Shown piece after piece: positions 25,401-36,836 of a DNA stretch of 64,000 nucleotides. A program made the position numbers and the translations under genes. The notes below the pieces were generated by a model. That model searched no databases and was not told the origin of the DNA. It was given only the letters and a program-made list of their open reading frames with translations. The DNA comes from Thalia democratica (Eukaryota). The DNA lies in contig CBDBBG010000090.1 of the NCBI GenBank assembly GCA_965202585.1, forward strand, positions 1 to 64,000. The letters run 5' to 3'. Within the stretch, counting starts at the first letter, position 1; each line of letters begins with the position of its first letter.

Positions 25401-28177
25401 TCAAAGTTTTTGAACTTTATTTAAAATAATTTATTTTAGGATGGACAAAGGAAGCTAAAAATAGTTTTTTTATTTTAAACGGATTTTGCGAAAAAAGGTG
25501 AGACTTTGTAAACTTTAACATATAATTGTGACTTAAGTTGTAAAAATTTTCTTTATTGAATTCTAATGTTTAAAATACAATTTAGCTCAACAGAAGAAGA
25601 TGTTGATGAGATCGTCAACAACTTTCTTAAAAAAAAGGACAGAAATACAGACACTGATAGCAGGGATAACAACGTTTACAAAGGATCTCCGTTTACCACA
25701 GATTTTAAAGTTTGTAAGATTTTTTTGTTTTTGTTACGTACGTTTTGTATAACATTGTAATAATGTTTATTTATTTTTTATAGGACACACTTGAGAAGGC
25801 TCAACAAAAAAATAAAGCTGAAACAGCACAACAAAATTTAAAAAAAAATAAGTATCATTTATCTGCTTTTCCTGACTACATTATCACACAGTGGGCACCA
25901 ATTATCCCGTTTGTAACAGCAACAATTACAAGATTTATCCCGAATCAAAGTCTTTTTCAAAATAACCAAGCGGCCGAGTCTCATTTCGCCAATATGAAGA
26001 ACCACACCATGAATAGGCCTCAACTAGAGAAAGACAGTATAAAAGATTTCTCTAAAAGACGTGAGGTCTGGGAATTTGATAATTTTATTCGTTGTCTACG
26101 TGATAGAATTGAGTGAGTACTTTTAACTTTTGTAAAGCATTTATACATAACACTTATGATTAATAATACAAACTACTAACAGCTACTATCGATTGCTATA
26201 TTGTAAAAATTACAATATTGTACTGCCGAAAAATGAAAACCAAATACTAAATACAAGTGATTGTGAAGATGGAATTACGCGTTGTAAGTCTAAGCAGCAC
26301 AAGAAAGCAAAAAAAAAATCTTCTTGGTTCAACATGTCCAGAAAAGTACGTTTGTTTTCTTTAAACTTTCAGTTTAACATGCAACTTGTTAAAACAGTTT
26401 TATAGAGAAACTTATTACTTTATTATTTATTTAAAGACAAAATAAAAAGCTTAAATATTTTATCCTACGACCTGGTGCACCTAAAATCCTTTCGGTTAAT
26501 TAGTTGCAAACTATTTGGATACCTTTTGACATCTTGTCCAAGGACATTAAATGTTATTTTATTTTATCTTAGATATCTAAAAATTTTAATTATTCTTAGA
26601 TTGAGAACAAAAGTATTAACTCTAAATTTGATCTAAATGAGGAGTCAATCAGAATGATGAATATCCGACGTGTTAGTTTAGAGTAATTAAAAATATATAT
26701 ACAATAAGTTATTAAACATTTTTATTTTTAGCGGAACTACCTTTGGGATAAAAAGCCAAACGAAAATTTCCAAGCTTGCATCTTATCTGAAAAAGATGTT
26801 TTAAAATTAAGCCACAAAGACTTTTGCACACTAATACCAGGAAAGCGCTTTGATGAAAAAGCTTTGAATTTTTACGGAAATGTTATTAAGCCAACAAGTA
26901 AACTTGCACTGTTTTTTTTTCTGTAATGAAGAAAAATTTTCGTTATCTATAAAACAGTTACTTTCTAACAGAAGAAGTGTGTATGCTTGTAGAAAAAAAT
27001 TCCCCATTAAAATTTTGGACAGAAGAGGAATGGACAAAACTTCTGAAAGCTAAAAAAGTTTCATTCGTTTTAAAAGGACTAACTACACAACTTCTTGTAA
27101 TTAAGTTTTACTTCTCACTTATTTAATCTTAGTTTCAGTATCTTTTAGAAAAATCTTTAAAATTTATATAAGATTACAATTTTGAAACAGTTAATAGACA
27201 AAATAGAAAAAAAATGGGTTTGTATCGACGCATTCAAAAAACGAATAAAACTTGAGAAATGTGCTTATCAAATTTTACTCCATTTATCAGCAGATGCATA
27301 TAGGGAAATCAAAACTAATTTTTAATTTATAACAGAAAAAGATAAAAATGAACAAAACATACTGTTTGCTATGGTTAGACCTATTTTGCATATTGTAAAG
27401 TTATCTCTGTTTTGAAGTAGTAAATTAAGTAAAGCAAGAAAAGCTAAAAAAAAAAGATAAAGTTTCAGCAAGCTTTTGTTTCAGTTACTCGAATGCTTTT
27501 TTGACGGTAAAATAGAAGATCATTTAAGTCTTCCTGATTTTGATAACATTCGAAACAATGCTGCAATACAACTTTTGCACCTAGCTGGTTAATAACTTAT
27601 TATTTAACTTTTATCTTTTATTATTAATCAAGTTATTTATATTTATTTTTGTAGCTTAACCTATATATTAGAAATAAGTTAAGATCAATTAAAAATTAAA
27701 CTAACACAAAATGCTTAGGTCCAAACGAAGACCCTTACTGCTGGAAATGCGGATTGAAAACGGATGAAAGAGAGGACCCGAAAATAAAATGGGTAAGCAA
27801 GATACACAAACTTGTTAATTCAATAGAACTTTTATTAAACAATGATATACTCTTCGATTTTGTATTTAACAAATTGTATCTAATACAACTGAAGTTGTTA
27901 CTTTTAAAGTAAGGCAAAAAACAAATAAACTTAAAAATAGTTTAGTCATGTTATCTATTATTTGAAAATTCTTTATAACATTTATTTTAATTTTTTAGCA
28001 AATAGTAAAATAAACAAATTTTAAGCTTTAAAACTTATTTAAACATAAATTATGTCAAAATAGGTTGAATGCAGCGCTGAACTATGCAAAAGGTGGTATC
28101 ATATATCATGCCTAAATTTAAATGTACCTCCGAATGAGGACGAAGCTTTTTATTGCCCCTTGTGCTCAACAGACTAA
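22417..28177 (+). CDS. Multi-exon MULE transposase: coiled coil, WRKY/GCM-like finger, DDE core, degenerate Ulp1/C48-like domain, C-terminal PHD finger
   Basis: About 25 short exons read by eye: FHCTTTKEC-x22-H; VLCIDSTYG (D, 24603); RVECDCSYPILHAVCEQFN (D, 24974); HVCGAH (CxxH, 25181-25192); NKYHLSAFPDYIITQWAPIIPF..NNQAAESHFANMKNH (E, 25976); KDFCTLIPGKRFDEKALNFY (Ulp1-like); CWKC..W|VECSAELCKRWYHISC..FYCPLC stop 28175-28177. One apparent 1-nt shift in an A-run near 24390. Confidence 0.88.
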
Positions 28178-28400
28178 AAAAACTTCAGCTTTCGAAAAAC
28201 TATTGAAAAATTGATTAAATTCGTTTTAAATTCATTTAATTCGTTTTTGAATAAAAAAATATATAAAATGTGCGTTTATTAATAACTAAGTGAATAAATA
28301 AAATACACTGTATTTAACTACCATTGTTTTAACCAGTCAACTAATTTTAAAAACTAGTTTTTAGTAACTAATTTTCAAAAATTTTACTCTACAATTCTAA

Positions 28401-29119
28401 ACTACGATCCGAAGCTGTGTTTAAAATTTCAAAGCAAAACAATAACGTTTATTACCTTTATTTTATGTTACAAATTTCATGGGGTCCGACCGACCCCAAA
28501 TATTCAAATTATTTTTCCAACGTACAACTTTTGAGTACGATACGAAGCTGTGTTTAAAATTTCAAAGCAAAACAATAACGTTTAATACCTTTATTTTATG
28601 TTAAAAATTTCATGGGGTCCGACCGACCCCAAATTTTCAAATTATTTTTTCAACGTACAATTTTTGAGTACGATCTTAAGCTGTGTTTAAAATTTCAAAG
28701 CAAAACAATAACGTTTAATACCTTTATTTTATGTTACAAATTTCATGGGGTCCGACCGACCCCAAATTTTCCAAATATTTTTCCAACGTACAATATTTGA
28801 GTACGATCTAAAGCTTTGTATGAAATTTTAAAGCATAATAATAATTTTTATACCCTTGTTTTAAGTTTATTATTATTATTAGTATTATTATATTTTTCTT
28901 TATTTTTGTTAATTTTTTTTATTTTAAGTTGTAACAAAATAACCGCTAGTAGGCGCAATTACAGGTTATTATCAAATACCAACCCTTTTACTAAGTTTGT
29001 TTAAAAATTTTAGTCGTTCCTTATGAAGTTGAATATTTTAAAAGTTGGTCAGAATTTCGCTTTGATATTCAACAAATTAGCAAAAGTTGGTCAAAAAGTT
29101 GGTCAAAAAAGACATCCAT
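28401..29119 (-). repeat. Outer right arm: 3 x 133-bp variant units plus about 300-bp unique terminus
   Basis: GGGGTCCGACCGACCCC at 28481, 28614 and 28747; 28815-29119 is the near-exact reverse complement of 15976-16280. Confidence 0.95.
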
Positions 29120-30224
29120 GTAGAGTTTGAGACTGATGTTTTTTTACCATGAAAAAAAAAAAAAAATATTTTTTAGTCAAACATGATAAAAACATGTTTG
29201 CTTTTTTATCATCACAATTCAAAAACTTGTAGCCTGGTGGATTGGGATATTAATGAAAGATTTAAAAACTTGCAAGGTGTAAACTAAGTTATTAGAAATA
29301 ACTTGAACTGTTGTTATGACCAAAATTCAAAAAAGTGACTAAGTGACCAAACTAAAATATAAATGCAAAACGAAATTAAAGTAGCAGGTCCGAAAAGATG
29401 TATTTTGACTAATACTTCGTATAATAACTGTAATTATTAAAAAAATTGAAACGAAATTATTTTGTTTTTAATCTTAAAAAGTTTTAAATGTGCTTTAACT
29501 AAAAATTAAATAATCCATTATTGGGATAAAAAAGTTTTTGTACAGTAAATGCTTAAATTTTGTTCAAAATCTAGGGAAGTGTTATAATTTTCAATCAGAA
29601 AGAATATTTCTGTACTTCTTTAATAATTTGTTCTTAGTAAATTAAAAAACAAGGTTGCTATTGTATTGTTTCTTATAGTTATTTTTTATTTAAACAACAT
29701 TAGATAAAAGTTTTTTTTGTGAAAGCAATCTTAAACAAGTGTTTTTTTAATGTATATACTTAAAGACTTTTTAAAGATGTTAAAACTAACTAAAGAAGCT
29801 TACGATGTTATTTTGTATGATAGCGGTTACACAAACTTTAAATAAAAAAACTAAAAGGTTTTAATTAATTTAAAACAATGGTTCATAGCAACTAAAATTC
29901 TTAGTTTCAAAATTTATGTAAAAAATAATTAAAAATATAACTTTATTAGCAAATATGTTTAAAATTGATTTATTTATTCAATGCATACATTAAAAAAATC
30001 ACAATAAATCTCAAAAATTTTTTTTTACGAAAAGCAATAAAAATAACACAAAAATTTGCGACTAAAAAAGTTTAATATGCCCGTAATGTACTATTTGTAA
30101 AATTATTTTCTCGTTAAACAATAAAAGCTAAAAACTAAAAGTTTAGAATATTTTCATCGTTTTATAAAACTAAATAAATTAAAAAATTATAATTTTTTAT
30201 ATTTCTAGCTATTTATACTGTTAA

Positions 30225-30237
30225 CTATTTGAATAAG
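30225..30237 (+). other. Spliced-leader-like sequence CTATTTGAATAAG at the LINE 5' end
   Basis: Identical to the 3' 13 nt of the Ciona SL exon ATTCTATTTGAATAAG, 22 nt upstream of the ORF1 ATG. Confidence 0.6.
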
Positions 30238-30259
30238 GTTTTGTAATTTAAAAAAGTAA

Positions 30260-31153
30260 ATGTCTATTGAAGCTGAAATTAAAGCATTGGTTGAGTCCTC
30301 CAAAATTGGGAAACAGCTGAAAGAAAAACTGATTGCTATTGGAAGTAAGAAGGACAATGAATTTAGTTGTTTTCAAGCTGAGATGCTTAAATTGAAGGAA
30401 GATTATAATGAAAAAAGTAGAATTATTGAAAATAACATTGATCAGATTCAAAAAGATGAATTCAGCAGTAAGAGAATAGACAATATAGAAAATAGAATTA
30501 CAGAATTACAAAAAAGTTTCTCAGAATTTAAGTCTGATTTTACTTCTAAATTTAACAAGTTTGAAGCTAAATTCTCCAAATATGCTGATGCTATGCAGAA
30601 AAGTGAACCAACAGAAATTATCACAAACATTAGTACCAAATTAAATTTAGTAGCAGAAAAAATAGATGCTGAAAATGAACAAAAACTGAAAGAAAAAAAA
30701 GCTTTAAATGTAATAATATTTAACATTCCAGAAAGTAAAAATCCAACTCATAATGCACTAGAAAGTTGCAAAAATGATCTAAAAATTATTCAACAAGTAT
30801 TAGGAGAAAATAAAATGAAAAAAGAAGAGTTTAAGTCACTTTATCGAGTTGGTAAAATTGCAGCTAACAAAATCAGACCAATTATAGTCAAATTAAATAA
30901 TTTAGCATCCAAACACAGACTGTTAAGACTGAGAGATTTGAAAATGTTTAATGGTGAAATTGAATCAAAAATCTACATCAATCCTGACAGAACTCTCTTG
31001 GAAATTGAAGCTTTCAGAACATTGAGAAAAGAAGTTAAAATAAAGCAAGCCATCGCTGATGAGAATAAATTGGACATAAAATATGTTATAAGGAACAACA
31101 AAATAGTTGAACTGACAAAACAGCCCTTTCGTTACCGCTCCCAGGACATCTGA
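30260..31153 (+). CDS. LINE ORF1p (coiled coil plus RRM/CTD-like)
   Basis: 297 aa; N-terminal heptad-rich region; LNVIIFNIPES, YRVGK..RPIIVKL and IYINPDRT motifs typical of CR1/L2/Jockey-group ORF1. Confidence 0.9.
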   Translation: MSIEAEIKALVESSKIGKQLKEKLIAIGSKKDNEFSCFQAEMLKLKEDYNEKSRIIENNIDQIQKDEFSSKRIDNIENRITELQKSFSEFKSDFTSKFNKFEAKFSKYADAMQKSEPTEIITNISTKLNLVAEKIDAENEQKLKEKKALNVIIFNIPESKNPTHNALESCKNDLKIIQQVLGENKMKKEEFKSLYRVGKIAANKIRPIIVKLNNLASKHRLLRLRDLKMFNGEIESKIYINPDRTLLEIEAFRTLRKEVKIKQAIADENKLDIKYVIRNNKIVELTKQPFRYRSQDI

Positions 31154-34064
31154 GATTAGTGGAGGAAATCGTGAGTCAACGGGTATAAACTTATTAAGTG
31201 ATAGGATTAATTTTAACACTAACAAGTTTTCCTATATAAATTGTAACAAGAACTATTTAAAAGTTTGTTACACTAATATAAGATCTGTTATAAATAAATT
31301 TTATATTTTAGAGAACTATATAAATTTGAATAACATTGATTTATTTTTTCTTACTGAAACATGGTTGACTAATAATGTCAACGATGCCACAGTGTGTCTT
31401 TTTAACTATAACATTTACCGAAGTGATAGGTCTAGTAGGGGTGGAGGTGTTGCTATCCTTTTCAAAAATTCGCTTAAAGTTATTAAAGTTAAAAACGATT
31501 TTATCTCTACTAGCAACATCAATTTTGAATACCTATGTGTAGATGTAATTTTAAAAAAGATGAAGTTAAGATTTTGTTGTGTCTACCTTCCTCCACTGTC
31601 TGCTAGATGCGCACTGACTGTTCAAAATGTAATCAAAATGATTAAAATAGTTTTTCCAAAAGAGTGTTCTTTTTATGTTCTTGGTGATTTTAATATGCCA
31701 AATATAGATTGGAGGATTCCTAGCACAGATTTCAATAAACCCCATGAGTGTTTTCTTAATTTTTGTACAGACAATTTTTTAACCCACGTAATTGAAAATC
31801 CAACCCATAAGAATGGTAACATTCTCGATCTCATAATTTGCAATCATTTTGGTCTAGATAGAATCATATCACACTCAACTAATTTTCCATTAACAAACAC
31901 TTGTGATCATAACTTGCTTTCACTAACAATTAAAATTGAAAACAAAATAACACCTATTGCTAAAGACGTCTCATATGACTATAAAAAAGCAGATTTTGAA
32001 AACATCAATGATTTCCTTTCAAAAATTAATTGGACCTCTTTATTTAAAAATTCAAAAAATCTCCAGCATTTCTACGATCAATTCATTAGCTCAATCCAAA
32101 TCTCAATCAAACGTTTTGTTCCAATTTTTTCTAAAAATAACAAAAGTAAAAAATATCCATCTCATATTAAAAAGTTATTGAAAGAAAAAGTGAATCTATA
32201 CAAAAAAAGTAAGACAAATAAATCACTTTTGATAAAATACAAAAACAAGTCTAAAGAATATCAATTAGCTGTTAAAAAATACAACTTTGAATATGAAAAC
32301 AAATTCTGCAATAACACAAATTTTAAAAAGTTTTGTAGCTACGTGAAATCTAAACTTAAGTTAAATAATTCCATACATCTCTTATATGATAATGATAAAA
32401 ACAAAACAGTAACCTCAGATTTTGAAATAGCAACACTTTTTAACATAAATTTTCAAAAAGTTTTTAAAAAAGACGAGAGTTACCAGTCTTTTAAGCTACC
32501 CCAAAAGAATTGTAGTAAGATGCAAAATTTTTTCATAACCTATGAAGACATTATAAGTTCAATTAACCACTTAAAAGATAAAATCATAAGAACGCCAGAA
32601 AACATTCCACCCTATTATATCAAGCATGTTATCCAATCAATAATTTTTCCACTTTCATTAATATTTAATTGCTCTCTAGAACTATCTGATGTTCCTAAAC
32701 AATGGAAAACATCTTTTATTATTCCTGTGCACAAGAAAGGTAACATACACGATGCATTAAATTACAGACCAATATCTCTAACAAGTGGCTTTTCAAGAAT
32801 TTATGAACATATTGTATCTGTAAAAATTCTCAATCACCTCTTTGATAACAAATTATTAACTAACAAACAGTTTGGTTTTGTCCCAAACCGCTCATCAACC
32901 ATTCAACTGTTAACATGCTTACATTCTTGGTTAGTTCCTTATCTCAAAAATGAATTTACTAAAGTAGTTTATACGGATATTCAAAAAGCCTTTGATTCAG
33001 TATCACACAAAAGATTGTTAAAAATTTTAAATCAGTATGGGCTACATGAAAGCTTAATTGATTGGTTTGATAACTTTTTAAATAATAGATCACAAAGAGT
33101 ACTCATCAATAATACGCTTTCTGACTCTTTAACAATCTACAGTGGAGTACCACAAGGTGGTGTAGTTGGTCCCCTTCTCTTTTTAATTTATATTAATGAT
33201 ATTTGTTCAAACATTGATATTAAAAGTGAGTTAAGCTTATTTGCAGATGATGCCAAAATCTTTAGTCAATCAAATACTTCATTACAACTATCTTTAGATA
33301 ATATTTACATATGGTTAAAAACAAGAAAACTAAACTTAAATCCTAGCAAATGTAAAATTCTAACCATTAACAAAAAAGAATCTTCTCCAACTGACCTATT
33401 AATCAATAACATCAAGTTACCAGAAATTAAAGTTTTTAAAGATTTAGGAATTTATATTTCCAAAGATTTGAAATGCAATAAACATATCAACTATTTATAT
33501 AAGATTGCAAAAATTACATGTTATCAAATATTGAAAAGTTTTAAAACTAATTCTGCTTCAATTCTAACAAAACTATTTAAAACATACGTTCGCCCTAAAC
33601 TTGAGTTTAGTACCCAAATTTGGTCACCCCATTTAAAAAAGGATATTAACAAAATTGAATCTGTGCAAAGGAGTTTTACCCGTCATATTTGTAGTCGTTG
33701 CAACATATCTTACACGTCATATAATGGTAGAATGATTAAATTTGGCTTGAAATCACTAGAATATAGAAGATGGGAATTTGATTTATTAATTCTTTACAAA
33801 ATTATCAATGGCAAATATAAAAGTTTTTTTAACCAGTTTTTTAATTTTTCCCAAAATAATTATCAACTAAGAGGAAATAATTTGAAAATAAAATGTAAAC
33901 ATGATTTTCAAAACAGTCAGTGGCAAGGCGCATTTTTTCACAGAGCAAAAGCTATGTGGAACAGACTACCTCAGGATATAGTATCTTGTGAGAGGGTAGA
34001 ACAATTTCGTTTAAAGCTAAAAAGATTTGATTTAAATACGATAAATACCAGTAAAATTAACTAA
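31116..34064 (+). CDS. LINE ORF2p (APE endonuclease plus reverse transcriptase); no AUG before the endonuclease
   Basis: Frame open from 31116, overlapping ORF1; YTNIRS, LTETWL, GGGVAI, GDFN, CDH; QFGF, DIQKAFDSVSH, GVPQG, FADD; stop 34062-34064. The ORF-track start at 31326 is a TTG inside the endonuclease. Confidence 0.92.
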   Translation, partial: QNSPFVTAPRTSEISGGNRESTGINLLSDRINFNTNKFSYINCNKNYLKVCYTNIRSVINKFYILENYINLNNIDLFFLTETWLTNNVNDATVCLFNYNIYRSDRSSRGGGVAILFKNSLKVIKVKNDFISTSNINFEYLCVDVILKKMKLRFCCVYLPPLSARCALTVQNVIKMIKIVFPKECSFYVLGDFNMPNIDWRIPSTDFNKPHECFLNFCTDNFLTHVIENPTHKNGNILDLIICNHFGLDRIISHSTNFPLTNTCDHNLLSLTIKIENKITPIAKDVSYDYKKADFENINDFLSKINWTSLFKNSKNLQHFYDQFISSIQISIKRFVPIFSKNNKSKKYPSHIKKLLKEKVNLYKKSKTNKSLLIKYKNKSKEYQLAVKKYNFEYENKFCNNTNFKKFCSYVKSKLKLNNSIHLLYDNDKNKTVTSDFEIATLFNINFQKVFKKDESYQSFKLPQKNCSKMQNFFITYEDIISSINHLKDKIIRTPENIPPYYIKHVIQSIIFPLSLIFNCSLELSDVPKQWKTSFIIPVHKKGNIHDALNYRPISLTSGFSRIYEHIVSVKILNHLFDNKLLTNKQFGFVPNRSSTIQLLTCLHSWLVPYLKNEFTKVVYTDIQKAFDSVSHKRLLKILNQYGLHESLIDWFDNFLNNRSQRVLINNTLSDSLTIYSGVPQGGVVGPLLFLIYINDICSNIDIKSELSLFADDAKIFSQSNTSLQLSLDNIYIWLKTRKLNLNPSKCKILTINKKESSPTDLLINNIKLPEIKVFKDLGIYISKDLKCNKHINYLYKIAKITCYQILKSFKTNSASILTKLFKTYVRPKLEFSTQIWSPHLKKDINKIESVQRSFTRHICSRCNISYTSYNGRMIKFGLKSLEYRRWEFDLLILYKIINGKYKSFFNQFFNFSQNNYQLRGNNLKIKCKHDFQNSQWQGAFFHRAKAMWNRLPQDIVSCERVEQFRLKLKRFDLNTINTSKIN

Positions 34065-34384
34065 TTTTCCACTGTAACAAAAGGAAAAATATTCGTTTCC
34101 CTACGCCTCCCCCCTACAAACTATTAGTTTACTTAGATATTTTGTAGTTATGAATTTTGTTTTATAAGCCATGATTTTAGACAAACTTCTTTACTGTGTG
34201 TACTAAGTAATATATAAATTTGAATTTTTTGAACTGAATTTTCAATTTAGTTCATTTGTTTATGATATTGTGTTTAACTTTGTGTTTTCATTTAAATTAT
34301 GTTTGTATATATAAATATAATTTATCTTAAAGTTTTGAATATAAGTTTATTATCTTTTTCTCTTTTTGTGTGTCCTGTTTAAGT

Positions 34385-34408
34385 GGCTCAGGTTTTGATG
34401 CCTGAGTC
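34385..34408 (+). other. 3'-UTR stem-loop of the LINE (candidate RT recognition element)
   Basis: GGCTCAGG-TTTTGATG-CCTGAGTC: 8-bp stem with one G-U, just before AATAAA and the TAA tail, as known for CR1/L2 3' ends. Confidence 0.65.
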
Positions 34409-34659
34409 CAACATTGCACAATAAACAATATAATAATAATAATAACTTTAAATCTTAACTACTAGAATTATGCAGAAAACTATTAAACTCTTATAATAAA
34501 AAAAAATTTAATTGTGTTTAATGGACATACCTTTTTTTAATTTATAACTAAAAAAAAACTTAAACTTGTTCGTTAATAATTTTTTATACCTATATAAACG
34601 TTTAGGTCGCTATATATTTTGAGTTTAAATCAATATATTCATTGTACTTTACGAAAGTT

Positions 34660-36071
34660 TTAATACTGAGGCATTTTAGCACATGAGAAACAAAAAAGAG
34701 TATTAGTAGCATCACATGATTCTTCAGACCATTCATCTTTATCAACATCATAACAAACAACTGATGAACGTAATTCTTGAAATATCTTAATTTTATTTCC
34801 GATTGACATAGCTCTACTTAAATGTAAATTGTAAGATGGCTTAAGAGCAACAAATTCCTTACAAACTTTGTCAAATACTTCACAATTGTTATTACGATAA
34901 CCAATAACAAACAATTTATCTTTTATAACAACTAAACTGTGATTAATTTGATTATTTATCATACTGGGCATTCTAGACCATTTATCACCGAATACATCAT
35001 AAGATTCTACTGTGTTTAAATAATTATTATCATTATCCATTCCACCTGAAACAACAATATTTCCTTGAAAAACTACGGAAGCTGGTAAATCTCTTGATTC
35101 ATTCATTCTAGAAACTTGTTTCAGGCTTTTGTCTTTTGTATTAAATCGCAAACAAGAATTCGTTACTATCACTTCATAATCATCATCATACCAGTGTCCA
35201 CCAACGATAAATATTTCATTCATAAATGCACAAGTACAAAAATGTTCACGTTCATCAACCATATTAGTTACTACAGTCCATTCATTAGTAGCAGGTGAAT
35301 ATTTTTCGACTAATTTTATTAATTTATCAGAATTATCATAACCACCAAACATATAAAGTTCTCTTTTGAAACAAACAGCTTCAAAGTATGCTCTACATTC
35401 ATTCATTGAAACAAGGTCCTTCGCATTATTCATGTTACTTCCATCAATTTGTTCTATTTTACTTAATGTTTTATTTGATCTATTGACATAATTTCCACAA
35501 ATTAACAAGTCAAAATTACTTTGGTTACAATACCTCTTTGTGTAAAAAATGTTTGACTTGTTTTTAAAGCAGTTCTTGGCTGCCAAATCTTCTTTTAAAA
35601 TGATGACACTTTTACAGTTATCAGTAATTGATGAAATTTTATCTATAATATATTTCAATGCATGCTCTGACAGCAAAGGAAGTCTGACTTTTAGTAACAA
35701 TTGTTTTGCATATTTGCTACGTTCTTCAAAGTTAAATTTCAACCAAGTAATTGATGCATTGAAGATTTCAACTTCTGAGTGAATATTCAACTCAGAACTT
35801 GCAAGTATTTTTTCAACAAGACTAAAGTCTAATTGTAAAAAGTTTTGAGTTTCAATTACCATTGAAAAACAACGTTGAATATAAAGCAAGGATGACTCAG
35901 AAATAGTTGCTAGGTTGTAACATTTAGCTAAACTATAAAATGCAACAACATTTTTAACTCTTAATTTGTCTTGAATGACTTTGCTTATCTTAATAATTGT
36001 ATCCTCTTTTTGTAGAATCTTATTCAATTCTAAAGCTAAAACTATGTTATTTTCTTCCATACTTGGTACAT
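34660..36071 (-). CDS. Kelch-like protein exon 2 (end of degenerate BTB, BACK, Kelch repeats)
   Basis: Intact frame; acceptor ttgttttag at 36073-36072, phase 1 (G|AT); BACK motifs (NVVAFY, SEVEIFNASITWL, VRLPLL) and GG-type Kelch repeats (LYMFGG, IFIVGG, IVVSGG). Confidence 0.92.
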
Positions 36072-36836
36072 CTAAAACAAAATTAATAGGTATAAATATT
36101 ATCTTTGTAAAATTGCTTAGAATTATTGATACATTTTAAGACCTAGAAACATGGTTGCCACTCAAAAAGCTGAGAAGAATTTCCTGACTTTTCCTGACTT
36201 TTTCCTGACTTTTTACAAAAGTTTTCCTGACTTTTCTAAATCAAACTCTTTAATTAGACTTATTCTAAAATACATAATCTAACACTTAAAACTATATAAA
36301 ACTTCCAATCTAACTTTAATACAGGTTAAAAACAACAGTTTTTCGCTGAATTCTATAATCAAACTTCCAGTACATCACTTAAACCATCTGTGTATGATTG
36401 ATGTTTGTAATAAACAGCTCTATCAGCAAAATTCTTGTATTTTTACCTTATAAACACAGCTTGTTTGAAAAACGAAACAATTTTTTAGCAAATCCTAGCA
36501 TAAATGTATCTAGATAAACAAACTACATATAAGGAACTTTTACAATTAAAACTTTGAATTAATAACGAACTTTCACAACTAAAATCTTAAAACAATAACA
36601 AATTTTTACAGTTGAAACCTTAAAACAATAAAGAACACAATTTTTTAGAATTTTGTAGTATAAATGTATCTAAATGAACGAAACGACATATAAGGAACTT
36701 TTACAATTAAAACCTTAAATTAATAAGGAACTATCACAACTCAAACCTTAAAACAATAACGAACTTTTACAGTTAAAACAAAAAAACAATAAAGAAATTA
36801 ATCAAATACTGTTTTTTTAAATTTATGTACTAAAAT

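Larger units (their letters stand above)
15976..29119 (+). mobile_element. 13.1-kb Mutator/foldback DNA transposon (Rehavkus/FB-NOF-like)
   Basis: Perfect 10-bp TSD GTAGAGTTTG (15966-15975, 29120-29129); TIRs start ATGGATGTCTTTTTTGACCAAC; about 300-bp near-identical outer arms plus 133-bp tandem repeats; internal spliced MULE transposase with Ulp1-like and PHD domains. Confidence 0.93.
30225..34445 (+). mobile_element. Full-length CR1-clade non-LTR retrotransposon
   Basis: ORF1 plus APE-RT ORF2, both uninterrupted; ORF2 tail LKSLEYRR..DL..LYKIING..LRGN..FF..R...WNRLP typical of CR1-group elements; AATAAA near 34420 then (TAA)n tail 34431-34445. No convincing TSD found. Confidence 0.9.

Noticed and set aside
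30200-34460. Target-site duplication for the CR1 element
   Set aside because: Only a short ttaact-like overlap confounded by the TAA tail; not supportable, so the 5' boundary rests on the SL-like motif.
30448-35782. Short ORFs antisense or out of frame to LINE ORF1/ORF2 and the Kelch exon
   Set aside because: Shadows of real coding frames with no independent motifs.
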